Assembly: GCA_021513695.1 (NCBI GenBank)
Contig: CP084166.1
Location: 2,176,001-2,240,000 of the forward strand
Direction of reading: 5' to 3'
DNA length: 64,000 nucleotides
Source: Candidatus Heimdallarchaeum aukensis
GTDB taxonomy: Archaea > Asgardarchaeota > Heimdallarchaeia > Heimdallarchaeales > Heimdallarchaeaceae
Shown: positions 19,544-29,236 of the stretch, one piece after another
How the letters are laid out: the number at the start of each line of letters is the position of its first letter
Position numbering within the stretch: the first letter of the stretch is position 1
Translations under genes and position numbers: made by a program
Notes under the pieces: generated by a model
Databases searched by the model: none
The model's input: the letters and a program-made list of their open reading frames with translations, nothing else
Told to the model about the DNA's origin: nothing

Positions 19544-21340
19544 TTATAGAAGATAAAATTCAGTAGCCCAAAGGATTCCATTATCATCCTCAATATAGGT
19601 ATACTTTATGTTGTCACCCACATCTGTTAAAACAACATCGTTCCAGTGAGTCTCATTTAAATAGTCTCTAGAACAACGGATTGTTCGACTATCATTCAGA
19701 GAAAAAACAAAAATGCTATTGCCGTCCTTAACATAAGTTCCTACTTTTTCAACTTGAGCGTAATTATAAATTTCCTCTGGTTTGTTTCCTGAAAAGAAAG
19801 ATTTGTAAGTCAATCTTGCTTCTTTTACTGCCTCTGAACCTGTTAATCCTTCAGCATTGGTTATGGCAATATAACTTGTTTCCTTTGCATCTAAAATACA
19901 TATGTGTGATAACCTTTGAACTGTTCCACTTTCCCAGTAAATGGGAATGAACCAAACTAGTCTATTACCTAGAGAAGTATTTAATGTGAATGGAACTGGC
20001 ATTTGGACAATGTAACTTCCTTCATTAGGAACAGTTAACTGGCCTTTTGCAATTTGAGCTGCAGTACTAGCAGAAATAAACCCTTCATTGCGTAAATCAT
20101 AAAAAGTAACATTTGTTTTTGTAACTACTCCAATTCCTGCAAGAGTTTCAGGAGCGTTAAGAGGGTGAGTTGCAAAAAAAGCGAAACTTGAGTTTTTACG
20201 AAAAACATAACGTATATCTTCCACTCCTTCACCATAGAAGCCAATTCTATCAGGACTATAATTAGGAAAACCGCTGAATAATCTTATATTGTCAGGAGCA
20301 CTAAGGTCTCTTTTAATACCCCATTTTTTGATCCAGTAATCTTCTAGAAGAGTTTCAGAGTAAACTTGGAGAACATAGTCAGGTGTTTGCCCAAGTTCTT
20401 CTGGTCCATAATGCTTAATTAAATCTCCTGTTCTTATATCAACTATATCAACACCATCAGAATACCAAGCCCCATAAATGTTACGTGTGGTACGTGTGAC
20501 AACATAAACCCACTTTTCTCCAGTCCAAGCGGGATATGAGCGATAATATTTAGCAGTTTGACTTCTGCGATAAGATTTAAGGTTGACATTATGGTTACGC
20601 CAAAGATCCTCTGCGTAATTGAAGGTTCCATCAGGAAATTCAATAATAATGGGCTCGGCATTGGGATTATTTACGTCGATGAGAATTAAACCTAAAACCT
20701 TATTGAACAAACCCGGTTGCCAAAATTGCGCACTAAATCGAGGGGCGTAAACAATACACCAATAAAGTGTATTATTAACTAGGATTACGTTAGCTTGGAT
20801 ATACATAACATTTGAGCCAAAGATGGCTTTATTTTGTTCAGCTCGGCTAATAGCAAATTCTTTTGTGACTAATCTTATAGAGTTATCTATTTCTCTAACT
20901 TCATCTGAAACAATAAACGGTAGGGTTGAATATTCTACTGTTACCATCTCTTCAAAAGTTCGTGCACTTTGAAGTGTCTTGTTGATATTTAATAAAGAGT
21001 TTAGCAAAATTACCGTAATAATAATAAAAACAAGAGCAGAAGTAATTTTTTTCCTAAATCTTCTACGAGTAGTCAATTCGTTTATTATTTTTCCAGTAAA
21101 GAGTTCAAAGATAATAACGAGTATAATGTTGATCGTTCCTACAAGGATTAAATGCTCGATTGCTCCTGCATATATTGTCCTAGCAATAAAACCAAAAACC
21201 CAAACAAAAAACAACAAAATACAATAAAAACCTATGGCCATTCCTCCAAGTGTGCTATTCTTCTTGTAAAGACGAACGACTATCCAAAGTAAAGGAAGAT
21301 AAGCTAAAAAAAGTAAAAGCGTTATACCAATATATGACAT
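19544..21340 (-). CDS. Large membrane protein (N-terminal TM bundle plus a large extracytoplasmic domain), function unknown
   Basis: The 598-aa ORF has about 4-5 N-terminal TM helices and a roughly 450-aa soluble C-terminal region. No recognisable catalytic motif was seen. Confidence 0.4.
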   Translation of the reverse strand: MSYIGITLLLFLAYLPLLWIVVRLYKKNSTLGGMAIGFYCILLFFVWVFGFIARTIYAGAIEHLILVGTINIILVIIFELFTGKIINELTTRRRFRKKITSALVFIIITVILLNSLLNINKTLQSARTFEEMVTVEYSTLPFIVSDEVREIDNSIRLVTKEFAISRAEQNKAIFGSNVMYIQANVILVNNTLYWCIVYAPRFSAQFWQPGLFNKVLGLILIDVNNPNAEPIIIEFPDGTFNYAEDLWRNHNVNLKSYRRSQTAKYYRSYPAWTGEKWVYVVTRTTRNIYGAWYSDGVDIVDIRTGDLIKHYGPEELGQTPDYVLQVYSETLLEDYWIKKWGIKRDLSAPDNIRLFSGFPNYSPDRIGFYGEGVEDIRYVFRKNSSFAFFATHPLNAPETLAGIGVVTKTNVTFYDLRNEGFISASTAAQIAKGQLTVPNEGSYIVQMPVPFTLNTSLGNRLVWFIPIYWESGTVQRLSHICILDAKETSYIAITNAEGLTGSEAVKEARLTYKSFFSGNKPEEIYNYAQVEKVGTYVKDGNSIFVFSLNDSRTIRCSRDYLNETHWNDVVLTDVGDNIKYTYIEDDNGILWATEFYLL

Positions 21341-21456
21341 AAGAAATATTACGTGCTGGAATATAAAAAACTATTTTAGAAAATTAGAGCAGTTAACAGA
21401 AGAAGATGCTCACTGTGAAGAAAAATAATTTAAATTAAAAGAAAAAATATTCATAG

Positions 21457-21777
21457 ATGGAAGAAAAAGATATACAGATAGAGATTAAAGAAAAAGAAAG
21501 AGAGTACGAAAAAGTTTTATCAAAAAAATTTATCCAACTAAGTTTTGCTGTACCTGTAATTTTAGCTTTAGCGGGTATGGGAATAGGTTATCTGGCAACA
21601 ATAAATAGGCCCGCAACTATTCAAAAGATAGCATTAATTATAGGGACTTTTGCAGGTTTATTTCTATCAGTATGTTATGGCTTTATTGTAGAATACGTTG
21701 TGAAAAGAAAAATCGTTAACTTAAATAAAGAAAAAGAGGAAAATGAAACAAAAGAAAATAATAAAAACTCGAAATAA
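21457..21777 (+). CDS. Small membrane protein (2 TM), hypothetical
   Basis: The 106-aa ORF has an acidic N-terminus and two hydrophobic helices. Confidence 0.35.
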   Translation: MEEKDIQIEIKEKEREYEKVLSKKFIQLSFAVPVILALAGMGIGYLATINRPATIQKIALIIGTFAGLFLSVCYGFIVEYVVKRKIVNLNKEKEENETKENNKNSK

Positions 21778-21788
21778 GAGCACAGTTA

Positions 21789-22538
21789 ATGATATTCTTA
21801 TCTCCTTCAAATAAAAAAGATGTAAAAGAGCTATTAAAAGAAATAAAATTATTGATGATTGATTTTGATGGAACATTAGTAGAATTTGAAAAAGCAGAGA
21901 AAAAAGCGTTAAAACGATTTCTCAAAAAACATAACATTAAACCTAGTAAAAGAAAAGAAGTAGCAAAATATTACGATGAAATTAACAAACAATTATGGCG
22001 AAAATTCGAGAAAAAAGAATTAACTCTAGACGAAGTGAGAAAATCTAGGTTTTTAGCATTAATAGAGAAATACTGTCTACGAGGAGAACCTGAAGAGCTA
22101 GACAAAGAATATCTTCAATTCCTAATAGATTGTACAAAAACGACAAAAAAAACCTTACTTTTTCTAGAAAAATTAAGAGAAAAATACAAAGTATATATTA
22201 TTACAAACGGAATACACTATGTACAAGTTGACAGATTAGAAAGAACTGGAATAATGAACCTAACTGATGGTTTTGTAACGAGCGAAAAAATTGGTGCCCC
22301 AAAACCTGAAAGTGATATGTTTAACCATATTCTTGAAAAGGAACATGTAAAACCTGAACAGGCATTTGTTGTGGGTGACTCCTATAAAGCAGACATTATA
22401 GGTGCAAAAAAACTGGGAATAAAGTCATGTCTAATAATTAAAGATAAAAGAAAACGAAAAGAATTTGATGAAAAAGAAAAACCAAATATGATTGTTAAAA
22501 GTTTTGTAGAGTGGGCAAAATTCTTGCTATCAAAGTAA
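21789..22538 (+). CDS. HAD-superfamily hydrolase (subfamily IA-like)
   Basis: LMIDFDGTLVEF is DxDxT motif I, followed by a cap domain and VVGDSYKADIIGAKKLG (motifs III/IV). Confidence 0.7.
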   Translation: MIFLSPSNKKDVKELLKEIKLLMIDFDGTLVEFEKAEKKALKRFLKKHNIKPSKRKEVAKYYDEINKQLWRKFEKKELTLDEVRKSRFLALIEKYCLRGEPEELDKEYLQFLIDCTKTTKKTLLFLEKLREKYKVYIITNGIHYVQVDRLERTGIMNLTDGFVTSEKIGAPKPESDMFNHILEKEHVKPEQAFVVGDSYKADIIGAKKLGIKSCLIIKDKRKRKEFDEKEKPNMIVKSFVEWAKFLLSK

Positions 22539-22708
22539 AAAATAAAAGTCATACTATAAATTCGAAGAAAAAACAGAAAACCTATTTTTCCATTAAAACT
22601 TAAAGAAAAAATAAGAAATTCTTGAAGAAATCAGAAATTTTAAAAGAGAACGAGAGTAGGTCGACCAGAAACTGTTAAGTAACAGTAAAGTTGAAGTGAG
22701 GGTACAAA

Positions 22709-24037
22709 ATGACTTCAAGAATAAGAATTTTAATAATGGGTGCAGCAGGAAGAGATTTTCACAACTTTAACACAACCTTTAGAGATAATGAACAGTATGA
22801 AGTAGTAGCTTTTACCGCTACACAAATTCCTGATATAGTTGATAGAAAATATCCAGCTGAATTAGCAGGAAAATTATATCCTGAAGGAATACCAATTTAT
22901 GACGAAAAGGATCTACCTCGTCTAATAAAGGAACTAAATGTGGATGAAGTAGTATTCTCTTATAGCGATGTTCCACACACATACGTTATGCACAAAGCAG
23001 CATTAGTAAATGCTTGTGGAGCAAAATTCTCTATGATGGGAACAAAATACACACAAGTAAAAACAGACAAACCACTAATTAGTGTATGTGCTGTTAGAAC
23101 TGGATGTGGAAAATCACAAACAAGTAGAAAAATAGTTGACACCCTACATAAAGCAGGAAAGAAAATAGTTGCGATAAGACATCCAATGCCATATGGAGAT
23201 CTAGTAAAACAAAAAGTCCAAAGATTCGCAACATATGAAGACCTAGATAAACATGAATGTACAATCGAAGAAAGAGAAGAATATGAACCATACATTGATA
23301 GAGGACTAGTAATTTACGCAGGAGTAGACTATGAAGCAATATTAAGAGAAGCAGAAAAAGAAGCAGACGTAATATTATGGGATGGTGGAAATAATGACTT
23401 TCCATTCTATACATCAGACCAACACTTGAACATTGTAGTAGCTGATCCACACAGAGTAGGACACGAAAAATCTTACTATCCTGGAGAAACAAACGTAAAT
23501 CTAGCAGATGTAATAGTAGTAAATAAAGTAGTAACAGCAAAATACGAAGATATACTAAAATTAGAGGAAAATCTAAGAGAGATAAATCCCAATGCAACAA
23601 TTATAGAAGCAGCATCACCAATATTCGTAGAAAAACCCGAACTAGTAAAAGGAAAAAGAGTACTAGTAATAGAAGATGGACCTACACTCACTCATGGAGA
23701 GATGAAATACGGAGCAGGAATAGTTGCTGCAAAAAGATTCGGAGCAAAAGAAATTATAGACCCAAGACCATGGTTAGTAGGTTCACTAAAAGAAACATTC
23801 GAAAAATACCCAGAAATAGGAACACTATTACCAGCAATGGGATACTTTGAACAACAACTAAAAGACCTAGAAGAAACAATAAATGCAGTAGATTGTGACG
23901 TAGTAGTATCCGCAACACCAATAGACTTGACAAGATTAATAAAAATAAACAAACCAGTAGTTCGTGTAAGATATGAACTAGAAGAGATAGGTTATCCAAA
24001 GTTAGAGGATATACTTAAAGAAAAAGGCTATCTCTAA
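22709..24037 (+). CDS. P-loop protein of the COG2403 family (cyclic 2,3-diphosphoglycerate synthetase-like)
   Basis: The 442-aa ORF has the N-terminal ILIMGAAGRDFHNFN and an internal P-loop VRTGCGKSQTS. The family assignment is from memory only. Confidence 0.4.
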   Translation: MTSRIRILIMGAAGRDFHNFNTTFRDNEQYEVVAFTATQIPDIVDRKYPAELAGKLYPEGIPIYDEKDLPRLIKELNVDEVVFSYSDVPHTYVMHKAALVNACGAKFSMMGTKYTQVKTDKPLISVCAVRTGCGKSQTSRKIVDTLHKAGKKIVAIRHPMPYGDLVKQKVQRFATYEDLDKHECTIEEREEYEPYIDRGLVIYAGVDYEAILREAEKEADVILWDGGNNDFPFYTSDQHLNIVVADPHRVGHEKSYYPGETNVNLADVIVVNKVVTAKYEDILKLEENLREINPNATIIEAASPIFVEKPELVKGKRVLVIEDGPTLTHGEMKYGAGIVAAKRFGAKEIIDPRPWLVGSLKETFEKYPEIGTLLPAMGYFEQQLKDLEETINAVDCDVVVSATPIDLTRLIKINKPVVRVRYELEEIGYPKLEDILKEKGYL

Positions 24038-24202
24038 ATTTTTTCCTATTTTTTGTTTCAAAATATATTTTTAGTTACTTAATTCTGTCATTATAAGACA
24101 AAATAAAGTGAAATGATAAAATCAAAGAGAAAAAAATAAAGGAAAAAAAACTTTAAAAACAAAGGAAAAATAGAAGAAACGTAAAAGGAAAACAAAAACA
24201 TA

Positions 24203-24320
24203 GCCGCGATAGCTTAGTCGGTAGAGCATTCGGCTGTTAATCTTAAGATTTGAATGCACTACGGGTGCGCAAGAGCAGCGCACCGAAAGGTCGTAGGTTC
24301 GAGTCCTACTCGCGGCGCCA
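24203..24320 (+). tRNA. tRNA-Asn(GUU) with a canonical 37/38 intron of about 42 nt and encoded CCA
   Basis: Acceptor GCCGCGA/TCGCGGC, D-arm GCTT-AGTCGGTA-GAGC, anticodon stem TTCGG/CCGAA, loop CTGTTA|intron|A, T-arm GTAGG-TTCGAGT-CCTAC, then G-CCA. Confidence 0.75.
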
Positions 24321-24527
24321 GATTTATATCTATCTTGTTTGCAATAATGAGTTTTTTACTCAACAAATTTTTGTAAAATTTCATAGTGGGCACTTTTACA
24401 ATTACATTAGAGTCCCTTTCGTTTTCACTTCCTATACCAGTTGATATATTACTTATTCTTTTTCTATTTTTTTCGATTCCTTAAACTTAAGTTTAAATAA
24501 TCAAATATTTTTATTCTTTCAGATTAT

Positions 24528-26915
24528 ATGAGCCATTTTTCAGTGTTAACTCTTTCTGTTCGCGAGCTTGTTGAGTATTCATTACGTTCTGGAAGTATTC
24601 AATCTAGTTTTTTTTCTTCTTATCGAATGCTTGATGGGATTGAAGGTCATAAATATGTTCAGAAAAAACGTCCTTCTACATATAAGAGTGAGGTTACTAT
24701 CTCTGGAAATATTTCTTTTCAAGGTTATTCTTTTACTCTTAGAGGGCGAATTGATGGGTTATTTCGTTCTTTAGATTATTTCGTTTTGGAGGAGATTAAG
24801 ACTACCTCCCGCCCTTTGTCCTCTATTACTCGAGATGATAATCCTCATTATTGGGCTCAGGCTAAATGTTACGCTTACCTTTATTCCAAAGAACACGATC
24901 TTTCCTCTATTGTTGTTCAACTTTGTTATTTTAATATTGATACAAAAAAAGAAAAAGCATTTTCTGAAGTTTACAATATTAAAGAGTTAGAGACTTTTGT
25001 TTTTTCCTTACTTGAGGAATATTTATCATGGATTAAACTTGTTATTAATGAGCGAGAAAAACGCGACTTATCTCTTTCTTCTTTTCTCTCTTTCCCTTTC
25101 CCTCAGTTCAGAAAAGGGCAGAAACAAATGATTGACTTTGTTCGTTCTCATATCTCTTCTGGTCAGATAGCCTTTTGTCAAGCTCCTACAGGTATAGGAA
25201 AAACCATTGCTGTGTTATATCCTGCCATAGAGTATCTTCAATCTGATCCCTCTGCTCAAATTTTTTATCTTACATCAAAGACAACGCAGAAAGCAATTGC
25301 TGAAAAAACCTTAGATCTCTTACGTAAAAATGGGTTGAAAATAAAATCTCTTACTCTTACCGCTAAGTCTCAGATTTGTTTTAAGGAAAAAAGTGTTTGT
25401 GATCCATCTTTATGTGAGTACGCTGATGGTCATTTTGATAGAATTAATGATGCGATAAAAGATATATTCCCTAAAGATTCTTTTACTAGAGAAAGAATTA
25501 CTAAATATGCTCAAAAGCATCGTGTTTGCCCTTTTGAGTTTTCTTTAGATCTTTCACTCTTTTCAGATTGTATAATTTGTGATTATAATTACCTTTTCGA
25601 TCCTCGGGTTAAATTAAAACGCTTTTTTGATTTTAATTCTGGTTCCTATGTTTTTCTTATTGATGAAGCACATAATTTGGTTGAACGTGCAAGAAACATG
25701 TTCTCTGCAGAGTTAAATAAACGAACTTTTTTGCTTTTAAAACGTAAAACAAAAGAGATTTTACCTCATATTTCAAAACTTTTGGGTGCTTTAAATAAAC
25801 ATATGATTAATTTCAGAAAAGATTGTGAGCAGAAAGGAAAAAGAGATATTGCTCTCCTTTCTCCGCCTAAAAAAGATTTTATTCGCGATCTTAAGAAATT
25901 CATTGTTGAAAGTGAAAAATGGTTGGCATTAAATATATTGACAGATTTTAGAGAAGAACTTTTGGAATTATATTTTGATGTTAGGAGTTTTCTTAACATT
26001 GCTGAATTGTATGACTCTAACTATGTGACTTATTACTCTAAGCAATCTAAAGGTGATCTATTAGTCAAGCTTTTCTGTATCGACCCTTCGATTCTAGTAA
26101 ATAAAGAATTAAAGAAAGGCCATTCTTCTATTTTCTTCTCTGCGACGCTTACTCCTTTAGATTACTATGTTAACTTACTTGTTGGCGAGCGAAGAAAAAA
26201 TATTCTCGAACTAGATTCTCCCTTTCCCCCAGAAAATTTTCTTGTTCTAATTAACGATACTATTTCTACAAAATATAAGGATAGAAATGAAACATTTAAT
26301 GAAATTGTTGAAGCTATTGTTTCTTTTATTGAAACAAAAAAAGGAAATTTCATGGTTTATTTTCCATCATACGAATATATGCAAAAAGTTGTTCCTTATG
26401 TAAAAGAGTATGAAAGAACTAGAGGAATGGAAATTATTGTTCAGGATAAAGAGATGAACGAAAGCGATAGAGAAATTTTTCTCAAGAAATTTCATAAACA
26501 TGGAAAAAGGACATTAGTTGGTTTCGTTGTTTTGGGCGGAGTTTTTGGTGAGAGCATAGATCTGGTTGGAGAAAAGTTGTCTGGAGTTGTAGTTGTTGGA
26601 GTAGGTTTACCAAAAATATGTTTTGAGAGAGAATTAATGAAGAACTACTTTGATGCAAAACTGAAACAAGGTTTTCACTATTCTTATACCTTTCCTGGGT
26701 TAAATAGAGTTCTTCAAGCAGTTGGAAGGTTGATAAGAACTGAAAAAGATAGGGGGGTAGTTTTATTAATCGATGATCGTTTCACAAACCCCACATACAA
26801 ACGACTTTTACCTTGTTATTGGAAAAACGTTATGATCGTAAAGAATAGTAGAGAAATAAGTATACACGCTCTAGAATTCTGGGAGAAAAAAAGAAAAAAA
26901 AAGAAAGTTGAATAG
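24528..26915 (+). CDS. XPD/Rad3/DinG-family Fe-S helicase fused to an N-terminal Cas4/RecB-like PD-(D/E)xK nuclease domain that lacks the Cys cluster
   Basis: The N-terminus has SVRELVEYSLRSG (Cas4-like motif I with Cys replaced by Ser), GRIDGLF (D), LEEIKT (ExK) and WAQAKCYAY (QhxxY). The helicase part has AFCQAPTGIGKT (Walker A), the 4-Cys Fe-S domain C..CDPSLCEYADGHF.., DEAHN (Walker B) and a C-terminal helicase_C_2 (VVVVGVGLP). Confidence 0.7.
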   Translation: MSHFSVLTLSVRELVEYSLRSGSIQSSFFSSYRMLDGIEGHKYVQKKRPSTYKSEVTISGNISFQGYSFTLRGRIDGLFRSLDYFVLEEIKTTSRPLSSITRDDNPHYWAQAKCYAYLYSKEHDLSSIVVQLCYFNIDTKKEKAFSEVYNIKELETFVFSLLEEYLSWIKLVINEREKRDLSLSSFLSFPFPQFRKGQKQMIDFVRSHISSGQIAFCQAPTGIGKTIAVLYPAIEYLQSDPSAQIFYLTSKTTQKAIAEKTLDLLRKNGLKIKSLTLTAKSQICFKEKSVCDPSLCEYADGHFDRINDAIKDIFPKDSFTRERITKYAQKHRVCPFEFSLDLSLFSDCIICDYNYLFDPRVKLKRFFDFNSGSYVFLIDEAHNLVERARNMFSAELNKRTFLLLKRKTKEILPHISKLLGALNKHMINFRKDCEQKGKRDIALLSPPKKDFIRDLKKFIVESEKWLALNILTDFREELLELYFDVRSFLNIAELYDSNYVTYYSKQSKGDLLVKLFCIDPSILVNKELKKGHSSIFFSATLTPLDYYVNLLVGERRKNILELDSPFPPENFLVLINDTISTKYKDRNETFNEIVEAIVSFIETKKGNFMVYFPSYEYMQKVVPYVKEYERTRGMEIIVQDKEMNESDREIFLKKFHKHGKRTLVGFVVLGGVFGESIDLVGEKLSGVVVVGVGLPKICFERELMKNYFDAKLKQGFHYSYTFPGLNRVLQAVGRLIRTEKDRGVVLLIDDRFTNPTYKRLLPCYWKNVMIVKNSREISIHALEFWEKKRKKKKVE

Positions 26916-26935
26916 TTAAAATTTGTTTAATTTTT

Positions 26936-27586
26936 TCACTTAATGAATCTTTTTCTTAGTTCTGAAGCATTAATTTGAGTTATCACTTCGATGTCTTTTT
27001 CTTTTAATCCTGCACCTAAAATGAGATCGGAAACTCTTTTCTGAGAAAGCATGTCTGAAGGAGCATGTGTGTCTGAATTTACTAACATCTTGGCATTATA
27101 TTTTTTAGCTAGTCTGGCTACATGACCATTAGTAAAACTATGTCCCTTTCTTCCAGAAAGTTCGAGGAAAACATCGTTTTCAACAGCGAGCTTGACTTCT
27201 TCTTCAGTAATTAAACCTGGATGAGCAAGGATATCAACATAACCCGAATTTAAAGCAGCAAAATTCGTTCCTTTTCTAACAGGTTCAACTATTGTTTCAC
27301 CATGAACAACAACCAGTAAACCAGCTTGCTTTGCTTTTTTAGCTAACTCTGGTATTCTAGACGGAAGAACGTGTGTGATTTCTACCCCTGGAATAACTTC
27401 TATCATATCACTTTCGTTTAACATCTTGGAAAGCTCAATTATAACACGATCAATAGTTGAAACATCAACATGGTCTGTTATAGCTATGGAAGTATAACCA
27501 TTTGCTTCTGCTCTACGAACAAGTTCTGAAGGAAGTAAAAAACCATCCGAAAGAATGGTGTGCATATGAAAATCTGTAAAGGACAT
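26936..27586 (-). CDS. PHP-domain phosphoesterase
   Basis: The 216-aa ORF starts MSFTDFHMHTILSDG...ITDH and has downstream His/Asp ligands (VHGE, DTHAPSD). Confidence 0.7.
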   Translation of the reverse strand: MSFTDFHMHTILSDGFLLPSELVRRAEANGYTSIAITDHVDVSTIDRVIIELSKMLNESDMIEVIPGVEITHVLPSRIPELAKKAKQAGLLVVVHGETIVEPVRKGTNFAALNSGYVDILAHPGLITEEEVKLAVENDVFLELSGRKGHSFTNGHVARLAKKYNAKMLVNSDTHAPSDMLSQKRVSDLILGAGLKEKDIEVITQINASELRKRFIK

Positions 27587-27672
27587 AAAAAAAAATTTGG
27601 AGCTAACTAATTAATATTTTCATCAGTAATAAGAGAGAAAAATGAGGAACAATAAAAAAAGAAAGATTCGTG

Positions 27673-28647
27673 CTATTCGTATATTTTTTTAATATGATAC
27701 GTTAGGTTAGTATCCGAGTTTTTTACATGACTGGTGTGTCTAACAATTAGTTCTGTCATGAAACCTGAAAGCAAGAATTGGAAACCAGATAAGCCAAGAA
27801 GTAAAGTCAGTAGTAGTAAAGGACGGTCACCTATATCTTGCCCTAATGCATATTTAACTATTAACAAGTAAGTACCTAAAGAAAAAGCTGTTAGTAAGAA
27901 TAAAAACCCAATTTGAGCAAATAATCGAATTGGTTTTTGATTATAATTGGATAAGAGTTTAATCATAAACAAGTCAAAAAAACCAGAAAAAAGACGATTG
28001 AAGCCATATTTACTCTTTCCTTTAGCACGAGGACGATGATGAACTTTAACTTCAGAAATATTAAAACCTTGATGATGCAATATTGCAGGAATAAAACGGT
28101 GTTCTCCTCGCATCAAAGAAAGGTTCTTTACCGCTTCTATACGATATAGCCGAAGAGTACAGCCACTATCATGAATAGTCAAGTGATTGAGTTTTCGGTT
28201 GAGAAAATTAGAAAAACGAGAGGGAAGAATTTTGCGAAAGAAAGGATCATGACGGGGATGACGCCAACCACAAACAACATCAACATCTTCAGTCATAGCA
28301 TTTAGTAATAAGGGAATATCATGGGGGTCATTTTGACCATCGGCATCAAGAGAAAGAACTAAATCCCCACGAGCATGCTGAAAACCAGCTAGGAGAGCCG
28401 CTGTTTGACCAAAATTTCGACGAAAGTCAATGATTCTGACATGGGATTGATCATTGGAATAGATGTCTTTTAAAACAGATAAACTGTTATCTGTAGAACC
28501 GTCATTAATGAAAATAATTTCATAAGGAGTATTTAGTGAAGGAAGAACTTCCTGAATCTCAGAATAGAGTGAATAAAGAGATTCTTCTTCATTATAGACT
28601 GGAATAACAATAGAAAGCATTGAAAGAAGTAAGAATGAAGAGAACAA
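27673..28647 (-). CDS. Family-2 glycosyltransferase with C-terminal TM anchors (dolichyl/polyprenyl-phosphate sugar synthase-like)
   Basis: IVIPVYNEEESL, INDGSTDNS and a DADGQNDP (DxD) motif, with 2 C-terminal TM helices. Confidence 0.75.
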   Translation of the reverse strand: MFSSFLLLSMLSIVIPVYNEEESLYSLYSEIQEVLPSLNTPYEIIFINDGSTDNSLSVLKDIYSNDQSHVRIIDFRRNFGQTAALLAGFQHARGDLVLSLDADGQNDPHDIPLLLNAMTEDVDVVCGWRHPRHDPFFRKILPSRFSNFLNRKLNHLTIHDSGCTLRLYRIEAVKNLSLMRGEHRFIPAILHHQGFNISEVKVHHRPRAKGKSKYGFNRLFSGFFDLFMIKLLSNYNQKPIRLFAQIGFLFLLTAFSLGTYLLIVKYALGQDIGDRPLLLLTLLLGLSGFQFLLSGFMTELIVRHTSHVKNSDTNLTYHIKKIYE

Positions 28648-28749
28648 TAAACTTTTCGAAAAAAATCATAAACTGTAATAAAAGAAAGTAAATATTGAAG
28701 CTATAAACTTGCTTTTTCAATAACAAATAACAAAAGTTGTTAAAATTGT

Positions 28750-28859
28750 TGGTGGACTGGGGGGGATTTTCAGATTCAGCGCACACAGCGCCGGAAAATC
28801 TATTGAACCCCCGGCCTCTTCGGTGCAAGCGAAGCGTTCTTCCTCTGAACTACCAGCCC
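28750..28859 (-). tRNA. tRNA-Ala(UGC) with the G3:U70 identity pair, a roughly 35-nt intron in the T-loop and encoded CCA
   Basis: Reverse complement: GGGCTGG-TA-GTTC-AGAGGAA-GAAC-G-CTTCG-CTTGCAC-CGAAG-AGGCC-GGGGG-TTCAA[TAGATTTTCCGGCGCTGTGTGCGCTGAATCTGAAA]AT-CCCCC-CCAGTCC-A-CCA. G3 pairs with T70. Confidence 0.7.
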
Positions 28860-29236
28860 ACGCCTTGTTTTTGTTTTCTATTCTTTAAACACTTTGTGTT
28901 AATTATCTTTTTTTTGTTCCTTTTTTTAAACTTTCGATTTGTAGCATCAATTTGATTTTTGTACTTTTTTTGAATACAATGCTCGCACTTGGATGAGTTC
29001 AGAGGAAAAAAATACCTATTATTGAGCAAGAGGTAATGATTGAGTTCTTCTTGACAACAGAAATCAGAAACAATTGGTGTTTCTTCTAATATAGGAAAGG
29101 AAGATGAGAAGTTTGAGAATTAAAGAGTGGAAGCGAGTTTTTTTATTTTTTAAAAGAAATACTATGAGGTTGTCAAGTCATTGATAGCCTTAAACCAACA
29201 TTTTTTGATTCTTTTTCTTATTAGTCTTATTATTTT

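Noticed and set aside
22960-23999. Several long antisense ORFs (111-168 aa, minus strand) stacked across the COG2403 P-loop gene
   Set aside because: Their translations are low-complexity Leu/Phe-rich strings with no motifs. They arise because the sense strand is A-rich and poor in the reverse complements of stop codons. The sense ORF has clear P-loop and family motifs.
28737-28955. 72-aa plus-strand ORF in the ORF track
   Set aside because: It overlaps the minus-strand tRNA-Ala (28750-28859) and its translation is Cys/Phe-rich nonsense. I treat it as spurious.
28995-29010. 12-nt match (AGTTCAGAGGAA) to the tRNA-Ala D-arm about 140 bp from the tRNA gene, as a possible attachment-site duplication
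   Set aside because: It is too short and in inverted orientation, and it corresponds to the tRNA 5' region rather than the 3' end usually duplicated by integrases. It is mentioned only as weak context for the codon-usage island.
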